Positions 9,313-20,095 are shown, counted from the first letter of the stretch. The stretch: DNA of 41,207 nt from Pyrinomonadaceae bacterium (GCA_964228775.1 CAXRBW010000148.1:1-41207); one strand, 5' to 3'. Notes: generated by a model not told the origin, from the sequence alone. Numbers and translations are program-made.

Positions 9313-11574
9313 TCATAGATGCTTCTTTATGAAATCAGTCATCATCGAATACATATGTTTTTGTTGAAACGGATTCGTCACTCCATGTCTTTGAGTCGGG
9401 TATGCCATGAAATCGAATTGCTTGCCTGCTTTTTGGAGTTCGAATATAAGTTTTGTTGAATTCTGCATATGGACATTGTCGTCCATCATTCCGTGAATGA
9501 TCAGAAGTCGTCCGTGCAAATTTTTTGCAGAGCCGATGACCGAGCCCTTGGTATAGCCCTCGGGATTGTTTTGCGGCGTCATCATGTAGCGCTCGGTATA
9601 GATTGAATCGTAGAGTGCCCAATCACCGACAAGACCCCCGGCAATGCCCATCTTCAATGTCTTCGAATGGGTCATAAAATAGCTGGTCATATAGCCTCCG
9701 TAACTCCAGCCCCACATGCCGAGACGTTCACCGTCGACATAAGGAAGTGATTTTAGATAGTTGAATCCGTCCTCAAGATCTTGGGTCTCAGTCTGACCCA
9801 TCCTTCGGTAAACCTCCCATGCGGACTCAACTCCTTTACCACTTGCGGTTCGGTTGTCGCAGATCCATATAATGTAACCCTGTTGGGCAAGCATCTGATG
9901 CCACATCATGCGACTTCCACCCCACTGATTTCTGACCTGTGGTGCATAGGGGCCGGAATAGGTATAGGCAAAGACAGGATATTTTTTGTTGGGATCGAAA
10001 TCGGGCGGCTTTATCATCATCGCCTCCATTTCAAAGCCGTCTCTTGTCTTCACCTTAAGAAATTCAGGTTTTGAAATTCGATATTCAGCAAGAATTGGAT
10101 TGGGATTTATATCTAAATCTCGTTCTAGCTCGCCACTTGATTTGATGAGTCTCGCTTGAGGAGCCGTGGTTGCATCACTCCATATATCGATGAAATGAGT
10201 GAAGCTGCTGTTGAAAATCGCTCTATGGGTTCCTGCTGTTTTTGTCAGCTGTTCCAAATTGGAACCGTCGAGATTGATACGATAAACATGGGAATCAATC
10301 CAATTTCCTGCCTGACCTGAAGCGGTAAAATAGGCGAAATTGGATTTTGCATCGACGCCGAAGAAGGCCGTGACATCCCACTTACCGCGGGTAATCTGTC
10401 TGATTAGTTTTCCTTCTTTTGAATAAAGGTAAAGATGCTTGAATCCGTCTCTGGCTGACTGAAAGATAAAGCTTCCATCAGAGAGATATTCAGGGTTATC
10501 AATAGCCTCAACCCAGGCGCGCGATCTTTCCTCTAAGAGACGGGTCACATTTCCCTTTTGGATATCTGCGGAATTCAGATGGAGATATGTCTGCTCCCTG
10601 TCTTGGGCTTGAAATACAACAGCGGAAGAATCGGGGGTCCAGGTGACTCTGGTGATTAATGTTTCCTCGGGCCTATATGACGACAGGTCAACAAATTTAA
10701 CAACGTCGCCGATTCTGGCGATAACTCCAGGAATTCTTCCGCCAACTTTTGGAATGCGCCTTATATTGGGTATTGCTGCATCCTTTTCTACTTCAGCGAT
10801 TCCGAGCTTAACCAATGGATTAGGGTCACCTGATTGCGGGTAGTCGGTATTTTCAATTAGCTGATTGGTGACTGTGTCATCTGCAATCACAAATTTCGGG
10901 ACACGACTCTCATCGATGCGGAGGAAACTGATAAAACGTGAGTCTGGTGACCACCAATATCCTCTTTTGTTTCCGCGTCCGTAAACCTCTTCTTCATATA
11001 TCCAATCAAGATATCCATTAAGGATTGTTTCACTACCATCTCGGGTTAGCTGTCTCTCTTTGGCGGTTGAGATTTCTACTACGTAGAGATTGTTGTCACG
11101 AACAAAACTTATCCAGCGTCCATCCGGAGAAAAGGCTGGTTCCAATTCTTCTTTGTCGCTTTTTGTAAGCCGCTTTACAGATCCATCACTTATTACGTAA
11201 ACAAAAATATCGTTCTCATGAGAGAAGAGAATCTTGGATTCATCCCCGTTGAAATCCTGAAACGGTGAGGTGGCTAGTCTTTGGGCCACATCTGACTGAA
11301 AACCAGCACGAATCAATCCATCTTTCATCCGCAAAGAGTCAACAAGGGGGGTCTTTTCACCTGTTATCGCATCGATTCTAACCATCGAGCCATTGATTAA
11401 TTGCAGATAGCTCTTTCCATCCGACGACCATCCGCGGAGTTGGATGGGGCTTCCCGAAAATGACACCCTCATTTGGGGATCGAAAATGTCATCAATGGAC
11501 AGCATTCTGTCCTGAGCCAGGATTACAGTTGAAAACAAAATTAACGTGAAGAAAACGTAAAGTGCTTTTTTCAT
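9313..11574 (-). CDS. Dipeptidyl-peptidase IV / S9B family serine peptidase, secreted
   Basis: The DPP-IV beta-propeller region ([15 protein letters not shown]) is followed by an alpha/beta hydrolase domain with the nucleophile motif GWSYGGYM, then GMMDDNVH and a C-terminal His (RHG). ATG at 11574 gives the signal peptide [22 protein letters not shown]; the track start is TTG 11592. Confidence 0.9.
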   Translation of the reverse strand: MKKALYVFFTLILFSTVILAQDRMLSIDDIFDPQMRVSFSGSPIQLRGWSSDGKSYLQLINGSMVRIDAITGEKTPLVDSLRMKDGLIRAGFQSDVAQRLATSPFQDFNGDESKILFSHENDIFVYVISDGSVKRLTKSDKEELEPAFSPDGRWISFVRDNNLYVVEISTAKERQLTRDGSETILNGYLDWIYEEEVYGRGNKRGYWWSPDSRFISFLRIDESRVPKFVIADDTVTNQLIENTDYPQSGDPNPLVKLGIAEVEKDAAIPNIRRIPKVGGRIPGVIARIGDVVKFVDLSSYRPEETLITRVTWTPDSSAVVFQAQDREQTYLHLNSADIQKGNVTRLLEERSRAWVEAIDNPEYLSDGSFIFQSARDGFKHLYLYSKEGKLIRQITRGKWDVTAFFGVDAKSNFAYFTASGQAGNWIDSHVYRINLDGSNLEQLTKTAGTHRAIFNSSFTHFIDIWSDATTAPQARLIKSSGELERDLDINPNPILAEYRISKPEFLKVKTRDGFEMEAMMIKPPDFDPNKKYPVFAYTYSGPYAPQVRNQWGGSRMMWHQMLAQQGYIIWICDNRTASGKGVESAWEVYRRMGQTETQDLEDGFNYLKSLPYVDGERLGMWGWSYGGYMTSYFMTHSKTLKMGIAGGLVGDWALYDSIYTERYMMTPQNNPEGYTKGSVIGSAKNLHGRLLIIHGMMDDNVHMQNSTKLIFELQKAGKQFDFMAYPTQRHGVTNPFQQKHMYSMMTDFIKKHL

Positions 11575-11670
11575 ATGTAGAATCTTTTGCAATGCGTCCC
11601 GATTATCACTGACTTAGGTAACTAAGTTCTTAGAAGTATAACTGAAACCGATTTTTCTTGGTGGTACGAG

Positions 11671-12588
11671 TCATGCTCGTGGATGGGACTTGTCGTATAC
11701 CTCGATTAATTTTTCCATTGACACTTGTGTATAGATTTGAGTTGTAGATAAACGTGCATGACCGAGTAATTCTTGTATATCTCTTAGGTCGGCCCCTGAA
11801 TCAAGAAGATGAGTTGCGAAAGAATGTCTTAAGCTGTGTGGAGAAATGTCTTTGTTGATATCCGAACAGATTCTTATGTATTTATCGATCATCCTGCCTA
11901 CAGATCTTGTGGTTATTCGGGTTCCTTGATAGTTGAGGAACACTGCTTGTTCATCTCTTTCAGCTGCCGGACAGTTATTGAGAAATATGGGCCGCGTCTC
12001 ATCCAAGTAATAGATCACGGCTTGAAGGGCCGCTTCGGCAAATGGCAACACTCGCTGTTTTTTTCTTTTTCCAGTTACTCGGACAAGCCGCTCCCTGAAA
12101 TCGATATCCTTTAGATCAAGATTGACGAGTTCACTAACACGCATACCGGTTGCATAGAGGAATTCTAGGATTGCTCTATCACGCCTTCCGAGGTCGGAAC
12201 CAAGATCGGGAGTCTCGATGAATCTGACCGCATCCTCCATTGATAGATGGGTCGGAAGTTTTCGCTCAATTCGAGGTGTTGCGACAAGTTTTGCAGGATT
12301 TTTTTCAAGGACTCCTTCTCGTAGAAGAAATTGAAAAAAAGTGCGGAGGCTCGCCAATTTTCTAGCGATTGAGGTCTTTTTCTTATTTGCTGAATGAAGT
12401 TCGGCAAGCCACTCTCGAATTGTGAGGTGATCTATCTGATCGACAGGAAGGTCTTTGCCTTTTGAAGCTTTCAGTAGAAATTCTCGGAATTGCTCAAGGT
12501 CACTCAGATAATTTCGGAGTGTGTGCTGACTTACATTACGCTCGTAGCGCAGATGCTGCAGAAACTGTTCTAATTTGTCAGTGAACAT
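11671..12588 (-). CDS. xerC: Tyrosine recombinase, XerC/XerD family (chromosome dimer resolution type)
   Basis: The N-terminal SAM-like domain reads [26 protein letters not shown]. The catalytic region reads ATGMRVSE...[12 protein letters not shown]...[17 protein letters not shown] cannot separate XerC from XerD by eye. Confidence 0.8.
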   Translation of the reverse strand: MFTDKLEQFLQHLRYERNVSQHTLRNYLSDLEQFREFLLKASKGKDLPVDQIDHLTIREWLAELHSANKKKTSIARKLASLRTFFQFLLREGVLEKNPAKLVATPRIERKLPTHLSMEDAVRFIETPDLGSDLGRRDRAILEFLYATGMRVSELVNLDLKDIDFRERLVRVTGKRKKQRVLPFAEAALQAVIYYLDETRPIFLNNCPAAERDEQAVFLNYQGTRITTRSVGRMIDKYIRICSDINKDISPHSLRHSFATHLLDSGADLRDIQELLGHARLSTTQIYTQVSMEKLIEVYDKSHPRA

Positions 12589-12614
12589 CTTGCTTACGTT
12601 CGTGATGAATCCAC

Positions 12615-13676
12615 CTATCTAGGACCATAATAGCCGAGACGTGTTTTGACCGTTAACTCTGGGCGGTTCTTGATTCGAACACTGACCGATCTCATCTTAA
12701 TGGAATTGTCATTTTCGTCGGAAGGATAAAAACCGATTACGTATTGGTCCGAGAGCTCTGTAGAGATGCGTGTGAATGCATTTATCAGTTCCTCATCATT
12801 CAAAGGTGAATGAACAGTTCCACCAGTTTGCCGGACCAACTCCTGCATTCTCCGTTCAGCAGCAAGTTGTTTCAGATTTGCGCTTCCATCTCTGGATTCG
12901 GTTCTTTTGAAGTTCTCATAGTCGGTTGTCTTTACAACAAACACCTGCACGTTCGCCGAAACAAGTGATTTCACTGCCGAGTCAAAGGTTGTGTCGCTGA
13001 TGGTATCAACGCCGTCAGATACAATGACGACCACCCGGCGACCTTTGAGCGATGAGAACAGATTCGAAGCGGAGTATAGTCCGTCGAGTAACGCAGTCGC
13101 TCCAAGAGGAGAAGGAAAATTGTTGATCGCGTAAATCAAACGGTCCAAATCGTTGGTGAATTGCTGTTCAAGTTTCCATGTCGTGGAAATGCTCATCAGG
13201 GCGGCGAGGTCACGATCGCGCCTCAGTACTGTTTCAAGAAATTTCACTGCCGCAGTTTTTTCAAACTCACGCGCGATGGTCACACTGGAAGAGTTATCAA
13301 ACAAAAGGAGCAGGTTGACTTGGCTCTGGGATTTCTCCACCTCTCCGATTTCGGCGTGTTTGCCGTCGATTAGCAATTCAAAATCCTCTTGCGAGAGATT
13401 GGTTACTGGGCGTCCTAACTGATCAAAGACAGAAACAGGTATCGGAACCAGGTTTGAACTGACCTTGATGACATCGGAATCTGATTTTTTAGATTGAGAT
13501 TCAGTTGCCGGTGTCACTGTATCCGTCGGAAGATATTCAGGTTGGTCTCGCCTTGGGGTAGGAGTAGGCGTTGGAGTCGGGGTCTCGTACGGTTTAATCC
13601 TGCCCGATTGTGACAATGCAAAAGAACTGCTCAATAAAATTACAGCAACCGAAGCTTTCATTGATTGGATTGTCAT
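12615..13676 (-). CDS. Secreted von Willebrand factor A (VWA) domain protein, of the type common in Acidobacteria
   Basis: Signal peptide, a (TP)n linker, a MIDAS-like LLFDNSSS motif, then [11 protein letters not shown]. The conserved C-terminus reads YVIGFYPSD...RLGYY. Confidence 0.75.
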   Translation of the reverse strand: MTIQSMKASVAVILLSSSFALSQSGRIKPYETPTPTPTPTPRRDQPEYLPTDTVTPATESQSKKSDSDVIKVSSNLVPIPVSVFDQLGRPVTNLSQEDFELLIDGKHAEIGEVEKSQSQVNLLLLFDNSSSVTIAREFEKTAAVKFLETVLRRDRDLAALMSISTTWKLEQQFTNDLDRLIYAINNFPSPLGATALLDGLYSASNLFSSLKGRRVVVIVSDGVDTISDTTFDSAVKSLVSANVQVFVVKTTDYENFKRTESRDGSANLKQLAAERRMQELVRQTGGTVHSPLNDEELINAFTRISTELSDQYVIGFYPSDENDNSIKMRSVSVRIKNRPELTVKTRLGYYGPR

Positions 13677-13736
13677 TATATTGCGACGACCGTAGGATGC
13701 TTTTAAAGAGAAGTTTGGTTGGAAAGACCTTTGCTG

Positions 13737-14468
13737 TTAGAAGGCTATCATTTTGATTGCGGCAAAGATAAGGACTGATGCAAGGATTCTTCGCATTGTA
13801 AGAGTGCTCAGTCTGCGGCTACCGAGAGAGGCACCGAGGATTCCGCCTGTGACCGCCGAGGCGACCCAAAAAACTGAGTCGGTTGGAAGTGAGAGAAGAT
13901 CCGTTGGTTTTGAGGCGAGGGCGGCGGCTGAGTTAACGAGGATAAACATTGCGGATATGCCGGCCGCATTCTTCATGTCGGACCAACCGAAAAGAACCAG
14001 CAGAGGAGTGAGAAAAATGCCGCCTCCCACGCCCACCATTCCTGATAACAACCCAATTGTGCCCCCAATGAACAATGCAGGAATCCATTTTGCTGCGAAG
14101 TGTTTATTTGATTCTTTTAGGTCAAAAGCTAACCTCAAGGCGGCGACCAAAAGTACTGCGCCCAATGCAAGGCGATACGTGTCAGGCGAGATTTGAATCC
14201 TCCCACCCACGAAGGCCATAGGAATCGAAAGTGCTGCGAACTTAATGAAAAGTTTTCGGTCAAAGAAACCGGCTTGATGGTATTTAAATGCCGCTATTGA
14301 TGCGACGAATAAGTTAAGAAACAAGGCGCTCGGGCGACTTACAATAGATGGAACAGACAATAGACCCATCACCGCGAGATAGCCGGATGCACCGCCATGA
14401 CCAACCGAAGCGTAGAGTGCCGCAACGAGAAAAATGAAAACCGGTATCAGTAGCTGGTAATCGGTCAT
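13737..14468 (-). CDS. TauE/SafE family sulfite/anion exporter (DUF81 permease)
   Basis: A polytopic membrane protein with GHGGASGYLAVMGL and GVGGGIFLTPLLV repeats. ATG at 14468 is preferred; the track extends to TTG 14504. Confidence 0.8.
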   Translation of the reverse strand: MTDYQLLIPVFIFLVAALYASVGHGGASGYLAVMGLLSVPSIVSRPSALFLNLFVASIAAFKYHQAGFFDRKLFIKFAALSIPMAFVGGRIQISPDTYRLALGAVLLVAALRLAFDLKESNKHFAAKWIPALFIGGTIGLLSGMVGVGGGIFLTPLLVLFGWSDMKNAAGISAMFILVNSAAALASKPTDLLSLPTDSVFWVASAVTGGILGASLGSRRLSTLTMRRILASVLIFAAIKMIAF

Positions 14469-14623
14469 TTTTTCAGGGACCGGAGTACGTTGATTGTGAT
14501 CCAAATTCCAAAACCAAACACAACGGCAAACATCAACGAAAAGATAATTAGCTGTATCAGACCTCGGCGAGAGAAGTTTCCCTGGAAAAGATCACCAATT
14601 TGTATGAGAACAGAGAGTGTCAT
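14465..14623 (-). CDS. Unannotated 52-aa single-pass membrane ORF (below the track length cutoff)
   Basis: My hand translation is MTLSVLIQIGDLFQGNFSRRGLIQLIIFSLMFAVVFGFGIWITINVLRSLKK. Its TGA overlaps the TauE ATG as ATGA (14465-14468). No clear SD is present. Confidence 0.4.
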   Translation of the reverse strand: MTLSVLIQIGDLFQGNFSRRGLIQLIIFSLMFAVVFGFGIWITINVLRSLKK

Positions 14624-14647
14624 CTAGTTTTATTGCGTTAGTAAGAT

Positions 14648-15994
14648 TCAGTTGCCTTTCGAAACTCTTTGTTTAGGTTCTAGGTGTTTGAGAAATAGGT
14701 CCCATTTTAGGAGAGATTGTTCAACATGAAATGCATGACGCTCTTTCTTCTTGCGATATTTCCTTCTGTCTTCCTCGGTCAACGGTTCAAGAATACCAAA
14801 TGTGATGTTGACGGGTTGGAAGTTCTTCGTCTCAACACTCGACACATATCTGACTAGCGATCCAATTGCTGAGGAAGGTGGTGCAGAGATTGGTGGACTG
14901 TCCGTTTGAAGCAAAGCGGCATTTATACCCGCAAGCCATCCGGTTCCTACTGACTCTACGTAACCTTCAACACCAGTAATCTGGCCAGCAAAGAACAACT
15001 TAGGATTTTCACGAGTCTGTAAAGTGGGTAGAAGAATCTTTGGTGAGTTAATAAAGGTATTCCGATGGATTTGTCCGAACTGTAAGAATTCTGCATTCTG
15101 AAGTCCTGGAATCATCCGTAAAACCCGACTTTGCTCACCATATTTCAGGTGATTCTGGAAACCAACCAAACTAAAGGCGTCCGCCATTAGATTCTCCTGT
15201 CTCAACTGAACAGCGGCGTAAGGTTCGACTCCCGTTGCGGGTAAAGGCAGTCCCTTTGGTTTCATACAGCCGAACCTGAGAGTGTCTATGCCGCGGCGGG
15301 CCAATTCTTCTATTGGAAGACAAGCTTCGAACCAGTGAGTTTCTTCAAATCTTTTTAATGGAACGGATATTGCACCAATGAGGGCCTCATAAAACGCTAT
15401 GTATTCGTCTTTGGTGAACGGACAGTTGATGTAGTCATCTCCACCCTTTCCATATCTAGCAGCCTTGAAGGCGACACTCATATCAATCGAATCAGCAGCG
15501 ACGATTGGGGCGATTGCATCATAAAAATAAAGTTGATTGTCACCCGTGATCTTCATTATTGAGGATGTGAGACTCTCTGAAGTTAGTGGTCCAGTACAAA
15601 CAATAGTTATTTCGTCGTGATTTATTTCTCCGACCTCTTCTCTAATCAGGTCAATCAACGGATGCTCTTCGATCTTTTCAGTTATATATTCCGAGAATTT
15701 CTGTCTGTCGACGGCAAGCGCGGTCCCAGCAGGAACTTTTGTGGCGTGGGCCGCCTCTAGAACCAAAGAGCCACCTCGACGAAGCTCTTCTTTAAGTAAA
15801 AACGGTGCAGTACCGGGCTCGTCTGTCTTTAAGGAATTTGAACAGACTATTTCGGCGAGATCTGAAGTTCTATGAGCGGGTGTTTGTACTACTGGACGCA
15901 TCTCGAATAGCCTGGTTCGCACACCCATCCGAGCCGCCTGCCAAGCTGCCTCGACTCCAGCCAAACCCCCGCCGATTATGTTCACTGTCTTCAT
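14648..15994 (-). CDS. trmFO: Methylenetetrahydrofolate--tRNA-(uracil54-C5)-methyltransferase
   Basis: Motifs seen: VNIIGGGLAGVEAAWQAA (FAD fold), VCSNSLK, FAGQITGVEGYVES and NFQPVNITFG. Confidence 0.92.
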   Translation of the reverse strand: MKTVNIIGGGLAGVEAAWQAARMGVRTRLFEMRPVVQTPAHRTSDLAEIVCSNSLKTDEPGTAPFLLKEELRRGGSLVLEAAHATKVPAGTALAVDRQKFSEYITEKIEEHPLIDLIREEVGEINHDEITIVCTGPLTSESLTSSIMKITGDNQLYFYDAIAPIVAADSIDMSVAFKAARYGKGGDDYINCPFTKDEYIAFYEALIGAISVPLKRFEETHWFEACLPIEELARRGIDTLRFGCMKPKGLPLPATGVEPYAAVQLRQENLMADAFSLVGFQNHLKYGEQSRVLRMIPGLQNAEFLQFGQIHRNTFINSPKILLPTLQTRENPKLFFAGQITGVEGYVESVGTGWLAGINAALLQTDSPPISAPPSSAIGSLVRYVSSVETKNFQPVNITFGILEPLTEEDRRKYRKKKERHAFHVEQSLLKWDLFLKHLEPKQRVSKGN

Positions 15995-16050
15995 CGCTTA
16001 AAGGCGAATTATATAGTTCGGCGGAGCAGAAGCCGCAACCTATAAAATGA

Positions 16051-16078
16051 AAAGAAAAAAGGCTCCGAAAGGAGCCGG
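16051..16078 (-). terminator. Rho-independent terminator after the 16101-17597 gene
   Basis: The minus strand reads GGCTCC-TTTC-GGAGCC, followed by TTTTTTCTTT. Confidence 0.7.
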
Positions 16079-16100
16079 CAATTGTTGGTTAATGCCCTAT

Positions 16101-17597
16101 TTACTTATTAACGAAATCTACTATGGCCTGCGTTGCTTGTTCGACAATCGGTGAAATAATGTCCTCACCTTCGGATTTCGCTTTGGATTTAAACTGCCGT
16201 GTCAGTGCAGCGGACCCGTCAGTCTTTTTAAGGTTAACGTCGAGTGTCAACTCATCCTTGGCTTTGATACTCGCGGCCGCATCGGCTGCCGTCCAAATCG
16301 TTACACGAGCAGTTTCGGCGGCGACCTGACCTGCGACGCTTCCGCCGTATGGAACAGCACCTCCTAGAACATTACCGATACTCCTCAAGCCTCCGAATCC
16401 GCCTCCACCTCTCTTATGTGAAACCTGAGCAAACAAAACGAAGTCGCAGTTTGAGTTTTTTGCTTCTTGCTCGATTGCTGAAGATAGTTTCGCTTCAAGT
16501 AGTACGATTTCGACACCTGTGCCCTTGAAATACTCACCGAGCGAAGTTTGGATTGCGCCGGCCAACGCTTGCGCGTTCATGCCGTCGCCAACCGAGCCGG
16601 TTTTGATCCCTGAAAGACCGACTCGAATAACTCCACTTTGCTTGTCGCCGGCCTGTGACGATGTCCTCAAATCGCCGAGGTTGGTGGTCTTTTCTCCGGC
16701 ATCCGTGGGCTTATCTGATGAGTCTTCATTAGAGGCATTGTTCCCGCTTGGAAGATTGGCCATATTGAAGCCACCGAACATGGTGCCTCCAGTGAACATT
16801 TCCTGCATGCTCTTTGCTACACGATAATCAGATGGTGCTTCAAAAAGCGATGCTTCGAGGGTCGCATATGAAAGATTAAGAACTTCTTTAGTGGTAGAAA
16901 AAGGTGGCTTGCCTGAGTCATCGAACATCGTCGTCTTCTCGTAAAGAGCAAAACCAGTCTTTCCAGCACCGGAGTTTTTGATTTCGTATCTGTCACGGCA
17001 TCCCTCGTCAAATTCCTGTTGATTGGTGGTCGGCATTCTGAACTGGGAATCGTCGCCACAATCAAAAGCGACTTGGGCGTCGATATACCAGCCGTCCGTC
17101 TCCATCTTCATCTTTTTCTCACCATCACAAGCATCGGCAGAAGATTCCATTTGAATGGTTTGGATGATGTGCCGAGCGGTGAATCCAAACATCTGCTTCC
17201 GCTCTCCGGTGTCTCTAAGCGAAATAATGACCGTGACCGTGCCTCCTTTTCTGACAACCGTAGTAGTGGAGCCACCGTTTTGGGCATTTCTGCTAGTGGA
17301 AGATGTCACCGAGGTCGTTGGAAGGCTTTCATCCTGGGCCCATGAATTGATGATGTACATCTTGGTCGTCGGATTCAGTTGGATGGTACGCTTCAAATCA
17401 CACTGCTTGATATTGATCATCTTCATACCGCCGAAATCTTGTTCGGTACGCTCGCGCTTACCCTTGATGTAGGTAGTGTTTTCCAGCGTCTGTCCACCTA
17501 CCGTTTGCCGCACCTTGAGTGTGGCATCGGCAAAAGCAGAAATCGCCACAAAGACAATGCAAAATATTGATGTAATCGTTCTTGTTGGTGTGAGCAT
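16101..17597 (-). CDS. Secreted hypothetical protein (about 498 aa) with S/T/G-rich linkers
   Basis: The best start is ATG 17597 (MLTPTRTITSIFCIVFVAISAFA signal peptide), with GGAGG 7 nt upstream. The track start ATG 17651 overlaps the upstream stop as ATGA. No family was recognised. Confidence 0.7.
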   Translation of the reverse strand: MLTPTRTITSIFCIVFVAISAFADATLKVRQTVGGQTLENTTYIKGKRERTEQDFGGMKMINIKQCDLKRTIQLNPTTKMYIINSWAQDESLPTTSVTSSTSRNAQNGGSTTTVVRKGGTVTVIISLRDTGERKQMFGFTARHIIQTIQMESSADACDGEKKMKMETDGWYIDAQVAFDCGDDSQFRMPTTNQQEFDEGCRDRYEIKNSGAGKTGFALYEKTTMFDDSGKPPFSTTKEVLNLSYATLEASLFEAPSDYRVAKSMQEMFTGGTMFGGFNMANLPSGNNASNEDSSDKPTDAGEKTTNLGDLRTSSQAGDKQSGVIRVGLSGIKTGSVGDGMNAQALAGAIQTSLGEYFKGTGVEIVLLEAKLSSAIEQEAKNSNCDFVLFAQVSHKRGGGGFGGLRSIGNVLGGAVPYGGSVAGQVAAETARVTIWTAADAAASIKAKDELTLDVNLKKTDGSAALTRQFKSKAKSEGEDIISPIVEQATQAIVDFVNK

Positions 17598-17647
17598 ATT
17601 CATTCCTCCAAATGTCTTACACATAAGCACCTTATTTGTATGAAATC

Positions 17648-18709
17648 TCATTTTGAGAACTTAGAATCAGCAACGGGAGCGTTTACCTTAACGGCGATGA
17701 TCTTTCTGGTCCAATAGATGTTAGGCACGGCGAACTTTATAGTCGTTGGCATTCTAACTCCACCGAAGTCTTTGTAATCGCTATAGTCTATTTGATAGAC
17801 ATAATTTCCGAGGGTGGTTGGCACTCCATTCATCCTCCTGACGAGGAATCCGCTTGTCACATCGAAGAAAAGATTGACGCGTTGATTGGCAACTGAAGTC
17901 GCCCTTACAACGTACACATCCTTCCCGTCTATGCGGTCTAGCCGGAGATATTCGAATTTGGTGAATAGATTTCGAAGGTCCGCACCACCGAAGAATTGGG
18001 CCTCGCGCCTAATTTCATCCATCTCATCCTGGTGGAGTGATATAGCTGAGCCACCGGAGAGTTTCCAAGCGTCGGTTCCATTGAAAATCTCCGAGATGAC
18101 GATCCCCCCGTAGGTAGTTTCGGTCCGCAGTTTTCCTCCTTTTTGGAAGATTTCTTCAGACTCCGATGTTTTGTTGTCTGATTCCATACGAATCGCTTTG
18201 ACTACCCTCGAGGTAATCTTACTGAAGTTACCGGCACCCACACTTGCATTGTAACTATCTAATATTGAGTCAACAGTAGGTTTGACGGCTGGCTGTTTCG
18301 GTCTCTCGATTGCAATACTCGGAACAAGCGGAAAAACTGCCTGGGGGTGGGAGGTTCCTTTATGACAGGAATTACAATTTATCTCAGGTCGTCCGTTGAA
18401 ATAGGTTTTGTTCAATTCAAAAACCATTTTTAGCATTTCCCGCGCGGTGGCCTTGTGTTCACTGTCTTCCTTTTCAAAATCGACATCGTTCGACACGTGA
18501 CAGAATTTACAATCAACGCCGAGTGAAGCAGTCATTTGGTTCATGACCTTTCCCATCTGATCGGCGGGCATTGAATTAAGAACTTTGATGTTTTTGAATT
18601 CCTCACCAGCCGTCTTGACGCGGGTTTGAGTGCTCCCATTCGGAGCAAAAATCACAAATGCTGCGAACGAAAAGGAAAAAATGATTGAGATTTGAAGGAG
18701 TTTTTTCAT
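17648..18709 (-). CDS. Secreted di-heme c-type cytochrome with a photosynthetic-reaction-centre cytochrome-like N-domain and a beta-rich (LolA-like?) C-domain
   Basis: A signal peptide and two CxxCH motifs (CKFCH, CNSCH) sit in the pattern EEFKNIKVL...M...M..SLGV.C.FCH...D...E...K..AR.M..M, which is typical of the PRC cytochrome c family. Confidence 0.7.
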   Translation of the reverse strand: MKKLLQISIIFSFSFAAFVIFAPNGSTQTRVKTAGEEFKNIKVLNSMPADQMGKVMNQMTASLGVDCKFCHVSNDVDFEKEDSEHKATAREMLKMVFELNKTYFNGRPEINCNSCHKGTSHPQAVFPLVPSIAIERPKQPAVKPTVDSILDSYNASVGAGNFSKITSRVVKAIRMESDNKTSESEEIFQKGGKLRTETTYGGIVISEIFNGTDAWKLSGGSAISLHQDEMDEIRREAQFFGGADLRNLFTKFEYLRLDRIDGKDVYVVRATSVANQRVNLFFDVTSGFLVRRMNGVPTTLGNYVYQIDYSDYKDFGGVRMPTTIKFAVPNIYWTRKIIAVKVNAPVADSKFSK

Positions 18710-18778
18710 GGTGGTCTAGCAAAACTGGAGACTCTGCATCTTAATCTTTGGATTACAAAAAGTGAATGTTGGAAAATA

Positions 18779-20095
18779 TTAGATCCCGCTAACTTCAGAA
18801 AAAGCTAAATCAAGTGCATAAATAAGTTCGTCGACATGAGACTTGGTTGAGTTGAGCATCATGCCCGTGCGAAGGACATTTCCATAAAGGCCACCTTTCC
18901 CCACCAACACACCTTTTAACTTTGTGGACTCCATAACTTTGGCCAAGATTTGGGGGGCTGGTGTTTTGGATTTTCGATCTTGAACCAATTCAATTGCCTG
19001 CATGAGACCCATGCCGCGGACGTCACCGATGGTGGGATATTTTTCAGAGAGCTCAAGAAACTTGGTGTGTAGGTAGTCACCTACTATCTTTGCATTCGTC
19101 CTCAACTCTTCAGATTCAATTACATCTAGAACTGCCATCGCCGCAGATGTCGAGACGGGATTTCCGCCAAAGGTCGAGAAAGATATTCCTGGTAGTTTGT
19201 CTGCCACCGAAGCTGTTGCAATTGTCCATCCAATCGGAGCGCCGTTTGCAAGTCCTTTGGCCGAGGTCATGATGTCAGGCTCTATCCCCCAATGTTCGAT
19301 TCCGAACCATTTCTCACCAGTTCTGCCCCAAGCGGTTTGAACTTCATCAGAAATAAAGAGACCGCCATGTTCCTTGACGATCTTATGAACCCTTTCAAAA
19401 TAACCTGCTGGCGGGACAATAAAACCGCCAGCACCGAGTATAGGTTCGGCCATGAAGGCGGCGATTTCTCCTGTCGTTGGTGTTTCAATTATTTCTTTGA
19501 CATCATCGGCGCATGCCAAATCACAAGATGGATATTCAAGTTTGAAGGGACAGCGATAACAATATGGTGCAGGAGCATGAGTGAAGCCTGCGACCTGTGA
19601 AGGTATTGGTTTCCAGGTGCTCTGGCCAACAGCTGAAAGCACGGAAGCCCCGCGGCCACTATAGCTATGGCGGAGAACAATTACTTCCTGTCGTCCCGTG
19701 GCTAATTTTGCTGCCAATAAGGCCGTTTCATTCGCCTCAGTACCACTGTTGGTAAAAAATGTCTTTTTCAGTTTTCCAGGGGTGATTGAAGCAAGTCGCT
19801 CGGCGAGGTCCGCCTGGGACTGGCTGACATAAAGTGTGGAGGTGTGACTGATTCTATCCAATTGTCCAATAATTGCATTCTTTACATTTGGATTCTGATG
19901 TCCGACGCTCACCGTTAGGACACCGCCGAAACAATCCAGATATTTTCTACCTTCGGCGTCCCATACATAACTACCTTCACCTTTCTCAATTGAAAGTGGT
20001 TCCAAGTAGTAGGTGGCGACTGCCGGGAAAAGGAACTCGCGATGTTTTTCAACCGCGGACGCAACGGATAACTTCTCAATCTTGGATTCAGACAT
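18779..20095 (-). CDS. Class III pyridoxal-phosphate aminotransferase (AGXT2 / omega-aminotransferase-like)
   Basis: Motifs seen: FTNSGTEANE, DEVQTAWGRTG, and MTSAKGLANG containing the PLP lysine. Confidence 0.85.
   Translation of the reverse strand: MSESKIEKLSVASAVEKHREFLFPAVATYYLEPLSIEKGEGSYVWDAEGRKYLDCFGGVLTVSVGHQNPNVKNAIIGQLDRISHTSTLYVSQSQADLAERLASITPGKLKKTFFTNSGTEANETALLAAKLATGRQEVIVLRHSYSGRGASVLSAVGQSTWKPIPSQVAGFTHAPAPYCYRCPFKLEYPSCDLACADDVKEIIETPTTGEIAAFMAEPILGAGGFIVPPAGYFERVHKIVKEHGGLFISDEVQTAWGRTGEKWFGIEHWGIEPDIMTSAKGLANGAPIGWTIATASVADKLPGISFSTFGGNPVSTSAAMAVLDVIESEELRTNAKIVGDYLHTKFLELSEKYPTIGDVRGMGLMQAIELVQDRKSKTPAPQILAKVMESTKLKGVLVGKGGLYGNVLRTGMMLNSTKSHVDELIYALDLAFSEVSGI

Noticed and set aside
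11671-12588. The tyrosine recombinase as the integrase of a mobile element.
   Set aside because: Its length, N-terminal SAM-like domain and C-terminal [16 protein letters not shown] motif are those of chromosomal XerC/XerD. It sits among housekeeping genes, with no flanking repeats, tRNA or cargo.
13553-13585. A short tandem hexanucleotide-like repeat (GGNGTN)n.
   Set aside because: It encodes the [10 protein letters not shown] linker of the VWA protein on the minus strand. This is a coding low-complexity linker, not a CRISPR or VNTR-type element. No CRISPR-like repeat-spacer arrays were seen anywhere in the window.
17598-17651. The extended N-terminus (MRFHTNKVLMCKTFGGMN) of the 516-aa track ORF.
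   Set aside because: The ATG at 17597 has a strong GGAGG SD at optimal spacing and yields a canonical signal peptide. The extension is kept only as an alternative because of the ATGA overlap with the upstream stop.
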